Origin: Moniliella sp. 'wahieum'
Taxonomy: Eukaryota
Assembly (NCBI GenBank): GCA_003971905.1
Contig: RSEE01000124.1
Span: forward strand, 62,001 to 126,000
DNA length: 64,000 nt
Reading direction: 5' to 3'
The stretch's first letter is position 1. Every line of letters starts with the position of its first letter. A program made the translations under genes and the position numbers. The notes under the pieces are model-generated. The model was not told where the DNA came from. It saw only the letters and a program-made list of their open reading frames with translations, and did no database searches. Shown piece after piece: positions 46,381 through 60,438 of the stretch.

Positions 46381-48905
46381 ATGGCGTCGAATAGCCACCC
46401 CCGCAGGTGCCGCCGTACCCTATCCCCCTCACGTCCCAGCGGCCCCCTCCTCCTAACCCATCCCCGCTAAACTACTATTCGCCACCTCATAACCCACCGC
46501 CGCCGAACCACTATCCTCACCAACCAGTGCTACCGCCAAGCTTCTGTCCTCCTGCTCCTCCTCCGCCGCCAACCCACTATCCTTACCACCCTCCGCCGCT
46601 GAAAAACTGCTATCCGCAAGGACCCCCTCCACCTCCAGTGCCCCTGCCTCCGCCGAAAAACCGCTATCCCCAAGGACCCCCGCCGCCTCCGGTCCCCCTG
46701 CCGCCGCCGCAACCTGCTCGGTACGCACAGCAGCAGCAAAGCGACCATCGCCCACCGCCGCCTCTTCCTCCACGGCATCAGGGTGCTCCACCGCCTGTGC
46801 CGCCGCGTCCGACCCCGGGTCCTAGTCATCAACGTGTCCAAGAGTCATCGCGTGCATCGCAATCGCAGCCACCAGTCCCTATTCTGACGGCAGCGACTTT
46901 GTCGGATCCCGTAGGGAACACCTTGGCCAACAGAGTGGCAGCTATCCAGCTGGCCAGCAATGCATCAAATGCTGCGCAAGATCAAAATGCGCTGTCGTCT
47001 TCCCGACTAGCCCAATATGGGAAGGATACGCTTCAAACATTCCATGCCAGCAGACCCTGCACCCGTCTGTCCGCACTCCGCACGCTTCAATCCGGCTCCC
47101 TATTTTTGAACCTGTCCGGAAGGATGGGCCTGCCAACGAGATCGTTCGAATGTGTCCAGGGCAGAGCGACAACACGTACGACAGCTATTTCTACTACCAC
47201 CGTGCAGTGAAAGAGTTTCGGGTGTGCACATTTTGTCACGTAAATATGTACACGCCTCCCCTTTTGCCAGTGAGTTCGTCAAAAGTGACCAACCGACACA
47301 AGGCTGGATTTGCTACTTCAACTGCCCTCGCGTGGCCAAGAAGCTGTGGCCGCTCGCTATCAGCACGGGAAATCTGCAGCCGCTCCGGACCTACATGACC
47401 AAGCGCGTGACGATCAAGAACTGCAAGGGCGGTGCAGGTGTGGGACAAGGAAGGATTCAAGTGGTACACAGGCAAAGCCCATGCTATTAGCACGCTTGCG
47501 ATTTGCGCTGCTTGCTACGAGCAGAGCGTTGTGGGATCTGGAATAGAAGATGAACTGAAGCCACTGCACCAGCCCCCAAATGTTCCCTTCTCCTGCAACG
47601 GTGCCTTGGGATACATTGCCGGCCTTCTCGAAAAGGCCGCCGAGACCTGCTCCGTGTCTGCAAGCCAGTTTGTTTCAGGGGTGTCGGAGCGCATGGCGCT
47701 GCACCCCTGCCAGGGCGTGCCCATCGATCCAACCAAAACCAATATGGTCTGGTACCAGCCTACCGGGCATCCAGGATCACGGCTCGCGATCTGCAGAACG
47801 TGTTACCTTGACTATGTTGCAATGTCCGACTTCTCTGCTGAATTCCAGCCAATGAGCGCGCGCGAGGCTAGCAGCGTCAACCCACGCAGTTGCTACTTCA
47901 CCTCGCACGGAGCCGTTTTTGCCTGGCTGTTCTGTGCGTGGCTGCTGAAGGACCTTCAGATGTGGCGCCGAATTGCTCAGGCCATATCTTGTTCACCTGA
48001 TTGCTACGCAACATCCCTGATGCGACAGTCAACCACGTGGTATACTTTCCCCGCCGGTCCTAATGGCGAAAGGGAAAATTTTGACATCTGCACCGGCTGT
48101 TTTCACTCCATCATCGTTCCCGGCAAGGCGGATCACCTCTTCGTACGGGCCACACCGGCAAACACACCGGGCTATAATCCCCAGGCGACCATCGTCTGCG
48201 ACTTGAGCCGTCAAAACCCCAAACAGGGGGTGTATTACCAACGATTACTGAAGGCGCTGAATTTCAGCGATCTGGGGATCTTTAGGAGTTTTGTGGGACG
48301 CATGGAACGCATCCCTTCTTGTCCCGCCGATTCGCATAAAGAGCGCCTCCGTGCACCGTCGTGTGTGGTATGGATTCCCGGAATGCTGTACGATTTGTGA
48401 AAGCTGCTATGAGGAGGCGGTACGTGGTTCGGCCCTTGAAGACAAATTGCCAGTGAAGGGCGAGATTGTGGCCATCGACGAGGCGAATTCCAACATTGAG
48501 GTGCCTATATGTGAGCTTTATTCGGCGCGGATGCGCAGATCCTGGGCAGATGCATGTCGAGCGGGCTCAAGCGGTCTGGATGGCTTTCTGACCATTGCTC
48601 GCGAACGGCGTGCCGTAGCTGCACGGATCCTGCCACAGCTACAATTCCTTCTTCACCAGCAAGAGATGGGCAACTTCCAGTTGCTACTCGCATCCAACAC
48701 TGCGACAGTGGCGAATTTCTCGATGGCAGGCAACGCATTGTTGCCAATGGGCTATATGATCAGCGATGGATACGGTTACGCTGGCGCATACGAGAGTGCA
48801 AAGGCGTCGATTGCAAACCAAGAGTTCCAGCAACAATTTCGACTCAACACAATGACTCATGACGAGTTCCAGCTCCTTCTTGCTGAATGGAAGCGATATG
48901 AATAA
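46381..48905 (+). CDS. Hypothetical protein: Pro-rich N-terminus plus five Cys-rich repeats; no evident introns; frameshifts
   Basis: Repeated W/Y-Y..IC..C[YFH] units (VCTFCH, ICAACY, ICRTCY, ICTGCF, ICESCY) about 120 aa apart; ends LLAEWKRYE*. Confidence 0.75.
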
Positions 48906-51900
48906 CGAATGTGCTGGCTCGTTCAATGAGGAGGGCTCTCCGTGTGGTGTTTTGTGAATCAAAAATGGTTGCTATTACTACATGGTGCGTATATCCTGGT
49001 GCCGTTTGCCCTCCAATAGCACAGACGATGTCAATATAGAGCGTCATATCGACAGCAACGCAAGTAGACTTTTACCTGAGCAGAGAGGACTCTTCCAACG
49101 GGTCAGGTAGAGAGAAAAGGACGGGCGATTAGCGCCCAGATGTGGTTAATTTAACGCGTATAATGTAAAGGGAGTTTTGGCAGGTGCAGGAGCAGAGCAT
49201 GATGGGCAGGAGACGGTAGATATAGGCTTGTCGCATTTATGCGGGGAGTGCCAGGGGGGTGGGCAAAACGCAGCGCAGCCACATGGTGTCTGATAGACGA
49301 GAGACCTGGACGAAAGAGTGTGATGACCAATAATGACCATGTTCTCTTGTCGCATCTCAGCTCCACGAAAGTAGGTTCCAGATTCACCACGGCATCACGG
49401 TAAGCGTTTCGTCGTGACTCGTACCCACAGTTAGTTGGCACTGTAATGTGGGCAAGAAAGTTGCCTTTGGCCACCTCGGGAGGGTAAACGACCCGGGAAA
49501 AAAGAGGCGCTGGTAGGACTCAGTCTTTGGCCACGTGGCGTATAGGCGATCGCATGTCGACCTATAGTCCGATTGGAATGACACTCCACTCCAGTGACCC
49601 CAGCTCTTCTGGCTCCGGGGCTGGAGTCGACGGGTTTTCGCTGGGCCTTCTTCCCTCCGCCCAGTGTCTCTTCGGCACATACTCAATCCGTGGCTGTGAA
49701 AGCCCGCTTAGTTGAGTCGGGCGTTGGGTCCCTGGCTTCCCGCTGGGCGCCCTCTAACCCAAAGGAACTGGCTATAGAGTTCCGCGTCTCGCCCACTCCG
49801 TATTGCTTACTCCTTCGCGCCCTCGTTCCTCTCCTTCCTCTTGTCCTTATTGCATTGAAGGTTGAACTAGCGTTATTAGCTTACGAGAAGCTATCTCTGA
49901 CAGTTCCCGCCCTGCACAGTGCAATCATCCTTAGCTTGGTAGCGTAGCTACTTCTCGGCAGTTAACGACAACCGTGGTTCTGGCTCTCACAGGTGTGACC
50001 GATTTATCGCGCTTACCGATTGATCGCCCAGTTTAGTGCTTCGCCCTAGCCCCCCCCCCTCCCATCCTTTCTGTCTGGGCTCGAGTCTGATTAAGCCTCA
50101 TGCATCTCATGTCCTGAAGATTTTCATCATTTGAACAACTGCTATTACGCCCCTTTTCGTCGTGCCAGCTGCCCCAACTTGGAGACCCCATAGCCGTTGA
50201 GCGTAAATAAGGCAGCTTGTACCCAGTTCCCCTTTCCCTCTCTACCATCAGCTTCACACTGACCTGCCCTATATACCCTTGCTTGTTCCCGCGAGCATCT
50301 CTTTGACTCCCTACGAAATGATGGGCACAATTGGCAAAACTTAAACCGACCGGGGCCCCACAGCGGTTCTGTCCCGCCGCTCCACTGCGATGGTAGAGTG
50401 TGAGTGGATTTGAGATCTGATTTGAGCGCAACGAGAGGAAACTGAAAGACCCTCGGTCGCATAGGTTGGCCCCAAGCCTGTTCCTATAAGCGCTCGCGGG
50501 GTAATTAGTTAAGGGCTTAACGCGGGAGACAGTCCCAATATCTAATCATAGCTGCCAAGTACCTCGAGATCATCCGCCAACTACACAGATTCAGATTGGT
50601 CTCCAGCTCCGCATCATGTGTCCGTTCCACGCCCAGTATGTACAAATGTGTGTCATGTCCTTGCTTGAGCACTTCTTAACATGCACCTACTTTCGGCATC
50701 GCTACCATCGTTGGATGTGAGCACCGAACGTTTGGTATAGGAAGATGAAATTTCTGCAACTGAATCGTCCAGAGGACTTGTGTGAGCTGAGAAGGAAAAA
50801 GCTGATTCACAAGATTCAGGGTCAAAATTTCAACACTGGCGCCCAGTCCAAAGCTGGCCCCTGGACAAGGTGGTGAGGGCGATGATCCTCCAACTCGTGT
50901 GCAACATCCTCGATACTCAATTAGCAAACTGTGGAGGAACAGCACGAGACTAGACTGGGATCAAGACGATTGCCAAAGACTATCGAGTGCTAGGACCTGT
51001 GGACCATTCAGGGGATGATCAGAAATGGAGTGGAAACACCCATTGCGGGACAGGGGACCACAAATAGTGATATATCCGTACTTACGGATAGTACAACCGA
51101 TGACCGCCATTCCTGCTACTGCCGGAATGAACACATTGCTACAAGGATTCCAAATACCAGGGACGTACCCCAGATCTTCCTCCGCTTTGGTCACGACAAT
51201 GCAACGATTGTGCGCCACCAAAACGGCGAATAAAATGTTTGGACGTTGGAAACAATGAATTGACGAGTCGGACTCTTAATGGAGCTGCGTCACTCCACGG
51301 ATATCTCCCAGTCTCAATTGTATCCAAAGGAGCACCCTCGATCTTTGAAGAATCAGATGACAGACTCTGGAGCACCTGATCTGCCGGCGAGACCTCTAGT
51401 TCCTGAGTTAATGCGTTGTCAATTATATGTTTTCAATATAGTGATTAATCAGTCACAAAGAACCATACACCATGTTAGGTGTCCCATGTGAAGTCAAACG
51501 ATTGTTTGTGTCCCCATGATTGTAACAGGTAATAAATCGTCACGCCACTGAACGTGAGAACAAAGACTGCCCTTACCGAGTGTCAGCATTCGAGGCACTG
51601 GATGGAACAAAGAGCATCAGTATCAGACATCTGAACAATTTCACTCACTTCGACAGTCGAGCGTAGCGATCCTCAGTTGACCTGTGACTATCTCAGTATC
51701 CACGGAGAGAATGGCCACCAAAAACGCCAATGCAATTAGAAACGCTAGAAATTCTGGATGCCGTGAATATGGATCTTCCGGTTTCTCACGATCCTCGGGG
51801 CGGTATAGCAATTCCTTGCCCAAGAACATCCGCCTGCCGCGATTCCTGTTCACTACGCGAAGGTTGCTCTACTACTTTGCAGGGAAGACATTTCCTGGGA

Positions 51901-54900
51901 GTCAGACAGTATGTATTTCGAAAATTCATAAACAATGGTGTGTGGTTCTTGGATGAAGTGTACGCACTTCCCCAAAATAAGCAACCTTAGCCAGCGGATG
52001 TTTTCGTTGTCATTGTCAGCATTTCTGCAAATTGTTGTACAAATTAATTGCGTGCTTAAGTGGTTGCATGGAGATCATATTTTCCTTTTCTTCTTTAATG
52101 GGAATGGGGGCATGGCTCTTGTCAGATCTATGCAGTGAATATCTTCACTACCTCCGTGTCCAGGTCGCTGTGCACTCTCAATATCATGAACACTATATGC
52201 TACTTAGTGGTGAGAAATCTAGTCATCCAAACACATGTCCTGATGGACTGCGTATGCTAAGGAGACGACATATTGGGGCGGCATTTCAAATCTTAAAATG
52301 GGGCAGTTGATTGTATCTGTGGGCACTCAGCCAATGTGTGACAAGTGAAAGCAACACTTCACAATGTAATTGTCGACTATGTCCTGTCGCCCTTGCAACT
52401 AACACTCCATGCTGGTATTATACATCCGATTAGGCAAGTAGTCTCTGGGACTGAATTGTCTAGAAAGCTGGCTCGCTTTAAGAAGGGTTAATTAATTATC
52501 TTGGCTTCGTCTAGGAGAGTCGACTATAATTGGCCCTGCCCAGCGCTGAAGTTGGAAAAGGGCATTCCGGGGTGTTCATGCCCAGATTTTAACAATTCGA
52601 ATACCAATTATAAGGCTACTAGAGGCGGGTTTTCATTGCAGTTCGAAGCAGAGCAGCGGAATATTGCTGGTGAATCCATACATTATCGACACTATCGTAA
52701 ACTAACCCTTCCACAAAATGGCCATGCTTCAATGACGTGTTGACGTCTACGAGTTCGCAGGCTTGGCCCTTCGCCGTGCAGGACGAGCAGAAAGGAGTGT
52801 CCCCGGTATGATGTTGTGCCCACCTTTGTTGGAGAGCAGCGATCAAAGAGATGTTAAACGCGGGCGGGATGACTAGGCCGGATTGATACTTCTGCGAAAA
52901 GTTGGGATCAGAAAGCCAGCAATCCTCATCCACTTTCCGAGCCTATCTTTTCGAAGTGGCGGACGTTCCTTGGGCAGGTAGGCGCTCCAAAGGAAGCCAA
53001 CGTACAGGGGTTGTGAACCGACATTTTAATAGATTCTCTGGACGGAATCAAAGCAGCAATTTGTAGCACTCCCTCAATGTTATTGATGCGTATTGTGTGG
53101 CTAAATGGGGATGGAGGTGCTACAGTCATACCATTCACTGCGTAGCTCCGACAAGAGTTATGCTTCCATTCACAGGAAGGGAAAAGATAAGAACGCTGGC
53201 TGCAGAGAGCCATTGGTCACATATCACCAGCCAATTAATCCACATAAGAAGATGTGCTTGGGAACACTGACTACTGATGATGAGCCAGCGATGGTCGCGC
53301 TATTCTCAAGTTCTCAGAAGATATACGCTTTCGGTCAGCGTGCCCACAGCATCGTTAAATCCGCTTCCACCCCATCCACAAAAAGGCTTTCAGGGTCGGG
53401 ACTAAGAACCGCTTTTTGGGCATAATCCCATCCCGCACGACCGAAAGAAGGAGGGGCGTGCATGGCATTGGCATGTTCATATTTGCCTGCTCTTCTCATG
53501 TCTTCCATCCCACTCATGGAATTTCTCGAACCGTCTAGGATGAAGGCACCAATCAGGTATGAACGGTTTTGCATCACGTTGTTGGATCCGACAGTCACTA
53601 TTTCGCGACGACTGCTGATATGTCACGAAGCGAGCTTTGGGTCGCCTTTTACAGCCACATCCACTCCCTTATCGTAGCTCTTGCTTCTCCCTTTCTCTAC
53701 ATATCACTACTTAAGTTCTCTATTAATCGCTATCGTGACTCGGATTCTCGGCTATCTACGAAACCGCCGGTTGACAACACTCATCTCTTCTCCGTTGGCG
53801 CTCATCTAAAAATCCAAAACACTACTCATGGTTTCGACTTGGTTTTCATAAGACCTGGAGTTCGGATGGTCCTCAATGGCGATGCAATCGTACTGGTAGC
53901 GGTGGTGGTCTAAACCAACCAGCAACGCCTACAAAGGAACATCAAGCAGCGGGTCGCCACCAGGGGCCAAGCTGCGGAACAAAAAAAAGGGAGAGAAGAC
54001 TACGAAAATCCTATAGGCCTGGGGAGGAATTGAAGGGACGTTGGCCAAAGCAGGGAGCCACCGATGGCTCAATAGGTTTCTCGCCTCATTTCTCGTCTTG
54101 AGCTCGCTTTGGCCTTGACCCTCGGCCTCGTCTCTCACCTCGTGCCTTATGTCGTGCTTCGTCCTTTTCCCCCCCTTTTCGTTTTGTAGACGTGCCGTTC
54201 ATCTTTAGTTTGTTCCCCTTCTCTTCTATCAAGCATGCCTGTTCTTCGATCAAATCGTGATGGCCCACCAAGCGGCCCATCATTCTTTTCCCCTCACCCT
54301 TCTTTTAGGAAAACTCCATTCCAGAAGAACTACCCTCCGATCAGCTCGCTTGTCCTTCTTCGCCCATCGGAGTGCCGCACTTTCTCGTCCGGCCCTTAAC
54401 GTGAAACCTCCTTGTAGACGCTACCTGGCTCTGCCTGTGACGAACAGCAAAGCACTGCCCGCGACCCTCCTACGTTCAGTCCAGTGTTCCCTTGTGACAC
54501 GCGCGTTCAGTCTTCCGTGAGTATTGTCTCGGATGGGCAGGGAAGGCCCCGCCTGGGAAGCCAGCCATCCCGTTGCAGGGTCGATCCTATGAGCCGCAGC
54601 GTCATCTTTCCAGTCAGGCGATCTCATATACGTCGAGGCGATGACGACGTGTCCTTCCCCGCATCGCCTTCCAAGAGGGGGTCACAAACCCAGATTGTAT
54701 CCTCGTTCGGTTCGGGCCAACAACACCACACCTCATCTGACCACTGCCGCCGCTGTCTCTCCTCTTTTTATGACAATGATGTTCATATACATCGCCAGCC
54801 CCCCGCCACCGAGCTCTTGGGTCACGCCATGTGCGCTGTTAAAAGCATGATCAGGCCTCCATGGCCCCACTTATCATATCGTGGCCGCTGTCAACTAAAG

Positions 54901-57150
54901 GGTCCATGTGGCCTTCAGTTGTGCACGAGGTCTGTACGCGACAATATATGGTGGACGAACGATTTGGCGCCCTGTGCATTACGCCACAGCCCGAGGCTTC
55001 TGTCCCGTACCGATGAAGCTGGTGCTCTCCTGACCGGCTTAATTCCTGATGATCATTGGATACATCGAGCATGAGGTGACGCCGTGGTTCGCAGGGATTT
55101 GTAACCTGCGACATCTTTAACCTGTCGAACTTCCTCGTTGGTGGATACAGGTCAATGTGTGCATATAGCTAAGCCCATGCAGCTTCTTTCCCTTTCTCGC
55201 CTTGGCCGGTTCCAGCACCAACCCGACCTCTTCCTGCTTCTGAGCCCAAACGACTCGAAATTCGCTCCCAACCCCAAACCTATTTTCGATCGTAGGGTGC
55301 GATTGTACTATGGCTCGATGGTCGAGAGGTGTCGCTACGTATCCTTGGCGACGAGAGAAGCTCCTTCCCCTTTTGTCTGTCTGAATTTTACTTCTCAAAT
55401 GGCGCTGCTTTTCTATTATGGGACTGAGCTCTCGCCGTCTTCTGTTCTTTCGAGATTCCTTGCCCCACGTGGGAAGAGCAGTCTTTTTCTTGGTGACCGC
55501 TCCTGAATCCCGTGCTTTCCTTCAGTTTCCATCAACTGCGCGTTTCCATTTACTCACTGCCTGAATGCAGTAGGTCGTGGCTCTCTCCAAGATCCACCAC
55601 TTCCTCCGTCAATTGTGATCAACCCACAGGGAACTTGTTCCTCTCCTATTAATTGCCCCCAGCACCCAGCCCTCCAAGCACTCTCGGTCTTAGAGCACTC
55701 AGTCTCAGCTTAACCCTCTCCAAGTCCGTAAGCATCTGTGGTACTAATGTGCATTGTCGGAATCTTAACTGAGCGCCTTGCCACTCGCGGCAATCGCTCA
55801 GCGAGTCCTGTTGCTTTTACAGTTGCTCGTACCGAGAGACCCGCGGCCGCCGGCACTATCCGCCCTGGCTTGTTTGCGGATGAGACCCTCTCAGCTTCCT
55901 CTCCCCCGATCAGCCTTTTCGTACTAGCTCAGCAAGAGCTCAAAACTTCAATACATGACGCCCAGGTCCTCTCTTGACCGTTCTGGGTCCCATTACACGT
56001 CTGCACCTGTCTTGGAGGGTACCATGTGTAAGGAAGAGCAACATCTATCACTCTATTGGTAGGCCCCTTCCCTGGTATGCATCGTCCGCTCTTGCCTCTA
56101 CTATGGGGCCTGCATACTGTGCCAGTTCGCTGCCGCATGATCCCAATTACTCACCTGCAAGCAGCCTGTGGAACACTTGACTGCGTTCCTGTCGTGTACA
56201 ACATATAGTTGTGGTGAGCCTGAGGCCCGACGGGAACTGGGTCCCGCTGGTCCACCAACGCGGTGAAGGAATATTTGCGCGCAAGTCTGGCACCATTAAT
56301 GCTGCGGACTGGTTCACCAAAAGTGCTCCTCTCACGCGTCAGCGCACACCACGACCTCGTTCGTCTGTATTCAGGAAGGTTACTTCCCTTCTACACTCGT
56401 CGCTCGGATCCATTTTTGGACCTGTAAAAGTCTCTCGCCGGTCCCATCTTTAGATAGTTTGAAGATGCAAGCTGTTGGCTGTCTTCCGGAGGATTGAAGG
56501 ATCCTTTATATGGACAGGCATATATAAAGTCCACGTCTTGTATTACGCAATGGAGTGTCCATGTGTGGCCAAAAGGGTGCAAAAGCGGTGGTCTGTTAGG
56601 AGACCACAACCAATGGACGCAGCTCGTTCAGGAGCCAAAATAGAGAGCCAAAGCCATCAAACGAACGTGAAAAAAGAGCGATATGTCTCCCAAAGATAGC
56701 CAAGCGTACGACTGATATGTGCAGCAAAAGGGTGCCCGAACGGAGATGTCGTAGACGAGTCTGTGAGCCTCTATGACAAATGAATAACGTCTGCATCATT
56801 AACCCTTCACAACGTAGCATGTTGACCGCAGTATGGTCTGGGCAAGTCGGGGAAAACGATATTCTTGCCACACAGCGGGGGTCTAAAATGGTACCCTGTG
56901 CGCATCCACACAAGGTAAATATGTTCTTCGTTCTCGGCCGCGTGCAGCGTCTCGATCCACTCGTTGTCGGCCTCGATCCGAGTTTTTTTCGGCGATCTGA
57001 AACGCGCACAGATCCGTTTCGTACACCGTATGCCGCAGGTCGTACTTGTGGGCTAGTTGCAAGCTAGTTGTTGGCCGGTTGACGCGGCACGCTGGACGGA
57101 CGAGCAGACGGCAGCGATACGTCTCGTGCCGGTCCCGCGGCGCCATGTGT

Positions 57151-57262
57151 CACGTGCGGTGTCGATCGGGCAGGCGGGAGTGACATGTGACACGTGGCAC
57201 GTGACTGCGCGTGACGCGTGCGACGCGTTCCGGGATGCACGTGGCGGCTAGCGCGTCGCGAA
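57151..57262. promoter_or_regulatory. Cluster of CACGTG (E-box) and ACGCGT (MCB-like) elements
   Basis: CACGTG at 57151, 57191, 57198 and 57238; ACGCGT at 57214 and 57223; CGCGAA ~57257. Confidence 0.45.
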
Positions 57263-57472
57263 GACAATTTTTTTACTAGACACTGTCTTTTCTACCGATC
57301 GCCACGCCACTACCTTACGCTTGCACCATACCCATAGCAGCGGCTTTCCATCTATCCACGCAACCATACGCAAACCAGCATTAGACAGGACGGCAACCAA
57401 GCCAGTAGATAGTTGCACTTGCACAAAGCGCGATCGCGCAATTCCATCGACCACGATGCAAGTCCAGGCTCA

Positions 57473-59322
57473 TCACTGGGGCGCAGGCTTGATGCCGTCA
57501 AAGAACGGGTGAGTGAGCAAGTTTGCAGCGTCCCAACGTCGTGTGCAATCCAAATGCAGACACACCCTTGCCATATCCACCGCGGCATTGACTAGTTTGA
57601 GATGGCTGTCGCGATCGGGTACGTCGGACGTATCGAACAGGTGCGGGTTGATCAACTCGATCCACTCGGGGATGCGTCGCGTTGGGCTATGTTCGATGGT
57701 CGGAACGGTGCAGATAAACGTTCGGTTGTGCATCAGGGCCACCTGTTCCATCCGTCGTTTGCCAAAGATGGTCCCGAGTTCCATCAACGCCTCAATGTCG
57801 TCGACCGCATTGAACGGGAAACGTTTAGTCAAAAAGCCCAGCATGATGACCCCAACAGCCCAAATGTCAATTGCAACCGTTTGATCTGGACATTTGAGCA
57901 ACACCTCGGGCGCTCGGAATCCACGTGTGCCCGCCCGGTTGGCCCGTACCGATGGCCGCGTATCTTCCCGAGGGTAACCCGGCTGGGTCGCTCCGCCCCA
58001 TGCCATGGCAATGTTGGCCTGAACGTGTTGACGTGCCGGCGGCTGGGAGCGCGAGGTGGAGGAAGCGCCGGGCACGGGACCTAGACCCGCACCGCCGCGA
58101 CGAGAGGAAGAAGTGGTAGATGTGGTGGTGGTAGAGGAAGCGGCCGGACCCAGCATGGCGCCGGGCAAGAGAGAGTGGAGTAGGCCTCCGGGTTGATGTG
58201 TGTGACGCCATGGGGGTAGTCGTCGTCGGGAACCTGGTGATGGCACTTGTTGCGCCAAGTGGAGGAGTCAAAGTACTCGGCCAAGCCAAAGTCGCAGAGG
58301 GTGCCAGTGCCGGTGGCGGGGTTGTAGAGAAAGTTGCCAGGCTTAACGTCACGGTGCATTATATTGCGTTGGTGGCACCATTTCAAGGCGGAAATGAGAG
58401 AGTGAAAGTAGTACCGCAGGTCACTTAGGGGGATCTTGCGGAAAAAGTCACGAAAGTCCACATGCCGCACATAGGGCATGACCGCAATCACTTGGTCTTC
58501 GCACCGCCAAGCGGTTATCAGGTGCGAGACGCATGGCCCGCCGCGGATTCTAAGGATCTCAAGTTCGTTGTAGATGCGGCGTGGGCTGCTGGTGACAAAG
58601 ATGCGTTTAAGAGCCACATAGACGGGTGCACCGGTGCGACGGAAATAGTCGGCAGCGCGCATGTACCTTGGCCTTAGCTCCAATGTGGGTTTCACTTTGT
58701 GAGCTTTGAGCTCAGCTTGGTCCGTGTCCATGTGGGCGCGCATGGTGTCCGGCAGAGCGCCCGGTACCATAGAGCGCGCATAGGCCTCAATCCACTCGTC
58801 ATTGTCGTACGAGTCGTGATACACGTCGATTGCCTTGTATACCGAGCTAAATGTGCCCTCGCCCAGTTTGTCGACAATCAGATAGTGGTCGCGCAGGCCC
58901 TCAATATTGCGCTCCAAGTACTCCACTTCTTCGCTGATGCGGGCCAGCTCTTCGTCGCTGCGATCGGAATGGTGTGCCAAGCCAGGGAGGCCCGCGTCAC
59001 TGTCCTGGAGAGGGGGGTAGATGCGCTGGTGAGTAGACGTCATCGTCGGTGTTGTCGGAGGGGTTGGTACTGGTGCGGGTGGGTCTGAGGTCTTGGAAAT
59101 GGTCGAAGGAATCGGGGGGTGCGAGGCCGGGGAAGGAATCGGAGGAGGCAGAACCGCCGGGGGAGGGGAGATGGGAGGGGGCAGGGCGTGTGGCGAGACG
59201 GGCATGGGGTTGGGCAGGAGCCGGGAGCGGGGAGGAGGGTGGGTCGAGGTAGGCGCTGTCGTAGGCGTCGGCCGGGGCAAGATGGGACGGGGAGAGGGAC
59301 ACGGCAGCCAGCGGGTGGCCAT
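57473..59322 (-). CDS. CDC7: Dbf4-dependent kinase catalytic subunit Cdc7/Hsk1; frameshifts
   Basis: DKLGEGTFSSVYKA, VALKRIFVTSSPRRIYNEL, HRDVKPGNFL, LCDFGLA, RANRAGTRGFRAPEVLLKCPDQTVAIDIW; ACGCGT at 59771 upstream. Confidence 0.95.
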
Positions 59323-60251
59323 GGGGCGGTGGTGGGTGGGTGGAGGCGCGTCGGCGGAGCGTGCCTGCGTCTGCTGCTCCCTCGGCCGCTGCGGCGCAGC
59401 CCAGCGTCGCGCACACTGCCCCCATGCCGCCCTCCCGCCCCGCCACACCCGGCGTGCCACGAGGCACTGCCACTCGCTCACCCGTCGCCGCCCGTCACCA
59501 GACGCCCCCCCTTTTGTTTGGCACCCAACAACCGCCGTTTTTCACCTCCACGGTCCGTTCGTCCATGCGTCTGCGTCTATCGGGAGGCTTCCGTCGTGTG
59601 GGGGAACGGGGAAGGGGGTTGCCTTATCGGAACGACATGCAGCTCTGCGCTGGACAGAAGAGGGGGCGGCGTGTACGGTGCTCCTCTCAGATCTCACCCA
59701 AGCAAGCGTTGGAAGGGCCGCCAGCGGAAACCCCTGGAGCTTTTCTAAAGCTTGAACGTTGAACGTCTGGACGCGTTGAGCCCAGGCTGAGCTAAGCGTG
59801 CCTACTTTAAACGTTCAAGCTTCAAACTTTGCGACGGCAGAAGGACTTGAGCCGGAACATGCATCCCCCAGAGAAAACGCCTGGTCGGTCTGGTCGATGG
59901 TGCGTGTGGAGCGGCAGTGCTCGGTACTCCATCCGGCTCGTTGGCAACATGCACCTCGACAGGACACGACGCTGATGGATGACAGTGAGGAGGCTGGTAC
60001 CATTGGAGCGGTGTGAGGGATGACGTGCCAACAGCGGCCCGGCGAGACGCAGACAGGACGCAGCCAGCAGACGAGACGCGCTCTCCGCATGAAACGTTCA
60101 CGGGCCCGCGGCTGCCCCAGCCGTCTGCCTCGGCGCGTCCTCTGGCACTGCACCCGTCTCGCACGGGCCCGTGTCCATCCCATATGCCAAGGGGGTTCAG
60201 CCAGTACTCAGTACCCAGTGCATACTGCGTGACGTGACAGCTACTGCCACG

Positions 60252-60425
60252 ATATATACGCCCCCACGCTTCCTTCCGGCCCTTCCCCCCCCATCACCTT
60301 CACCACCTCATTTTTTCCAACGTACGTTGTCACCGCATGGGCGCTTTTACGCCAAAAACCCATCCCCGCCTACGTTATATCCCGCTAACCCCATATGGCA
60401 TCCTTCTATTGAACGGTGGCGCTAG
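60252..60425 (+). promoter_or_regulatory. TATA box (60252-60258) and 5'-UTR spliceosomal intron (60322-60425) of the oxidoreductase gene
   Basis: ATATATA, C/T-rich leader, GTACGT donor, GCTAAC branch point (~60384), TAG acceptor 13 nt before the ATG. Confidence 0.65.
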
Positions 60426-60438
60426 GAAGAAAGTGCTC

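Noticed and set aside
52619..52933. CSSCTAKGQAC as a Zn2Cys6 or transposase zinc finger
   Set aside because: Only three Cys are in pattern and there is no supporting domain context, so no family can be assigned
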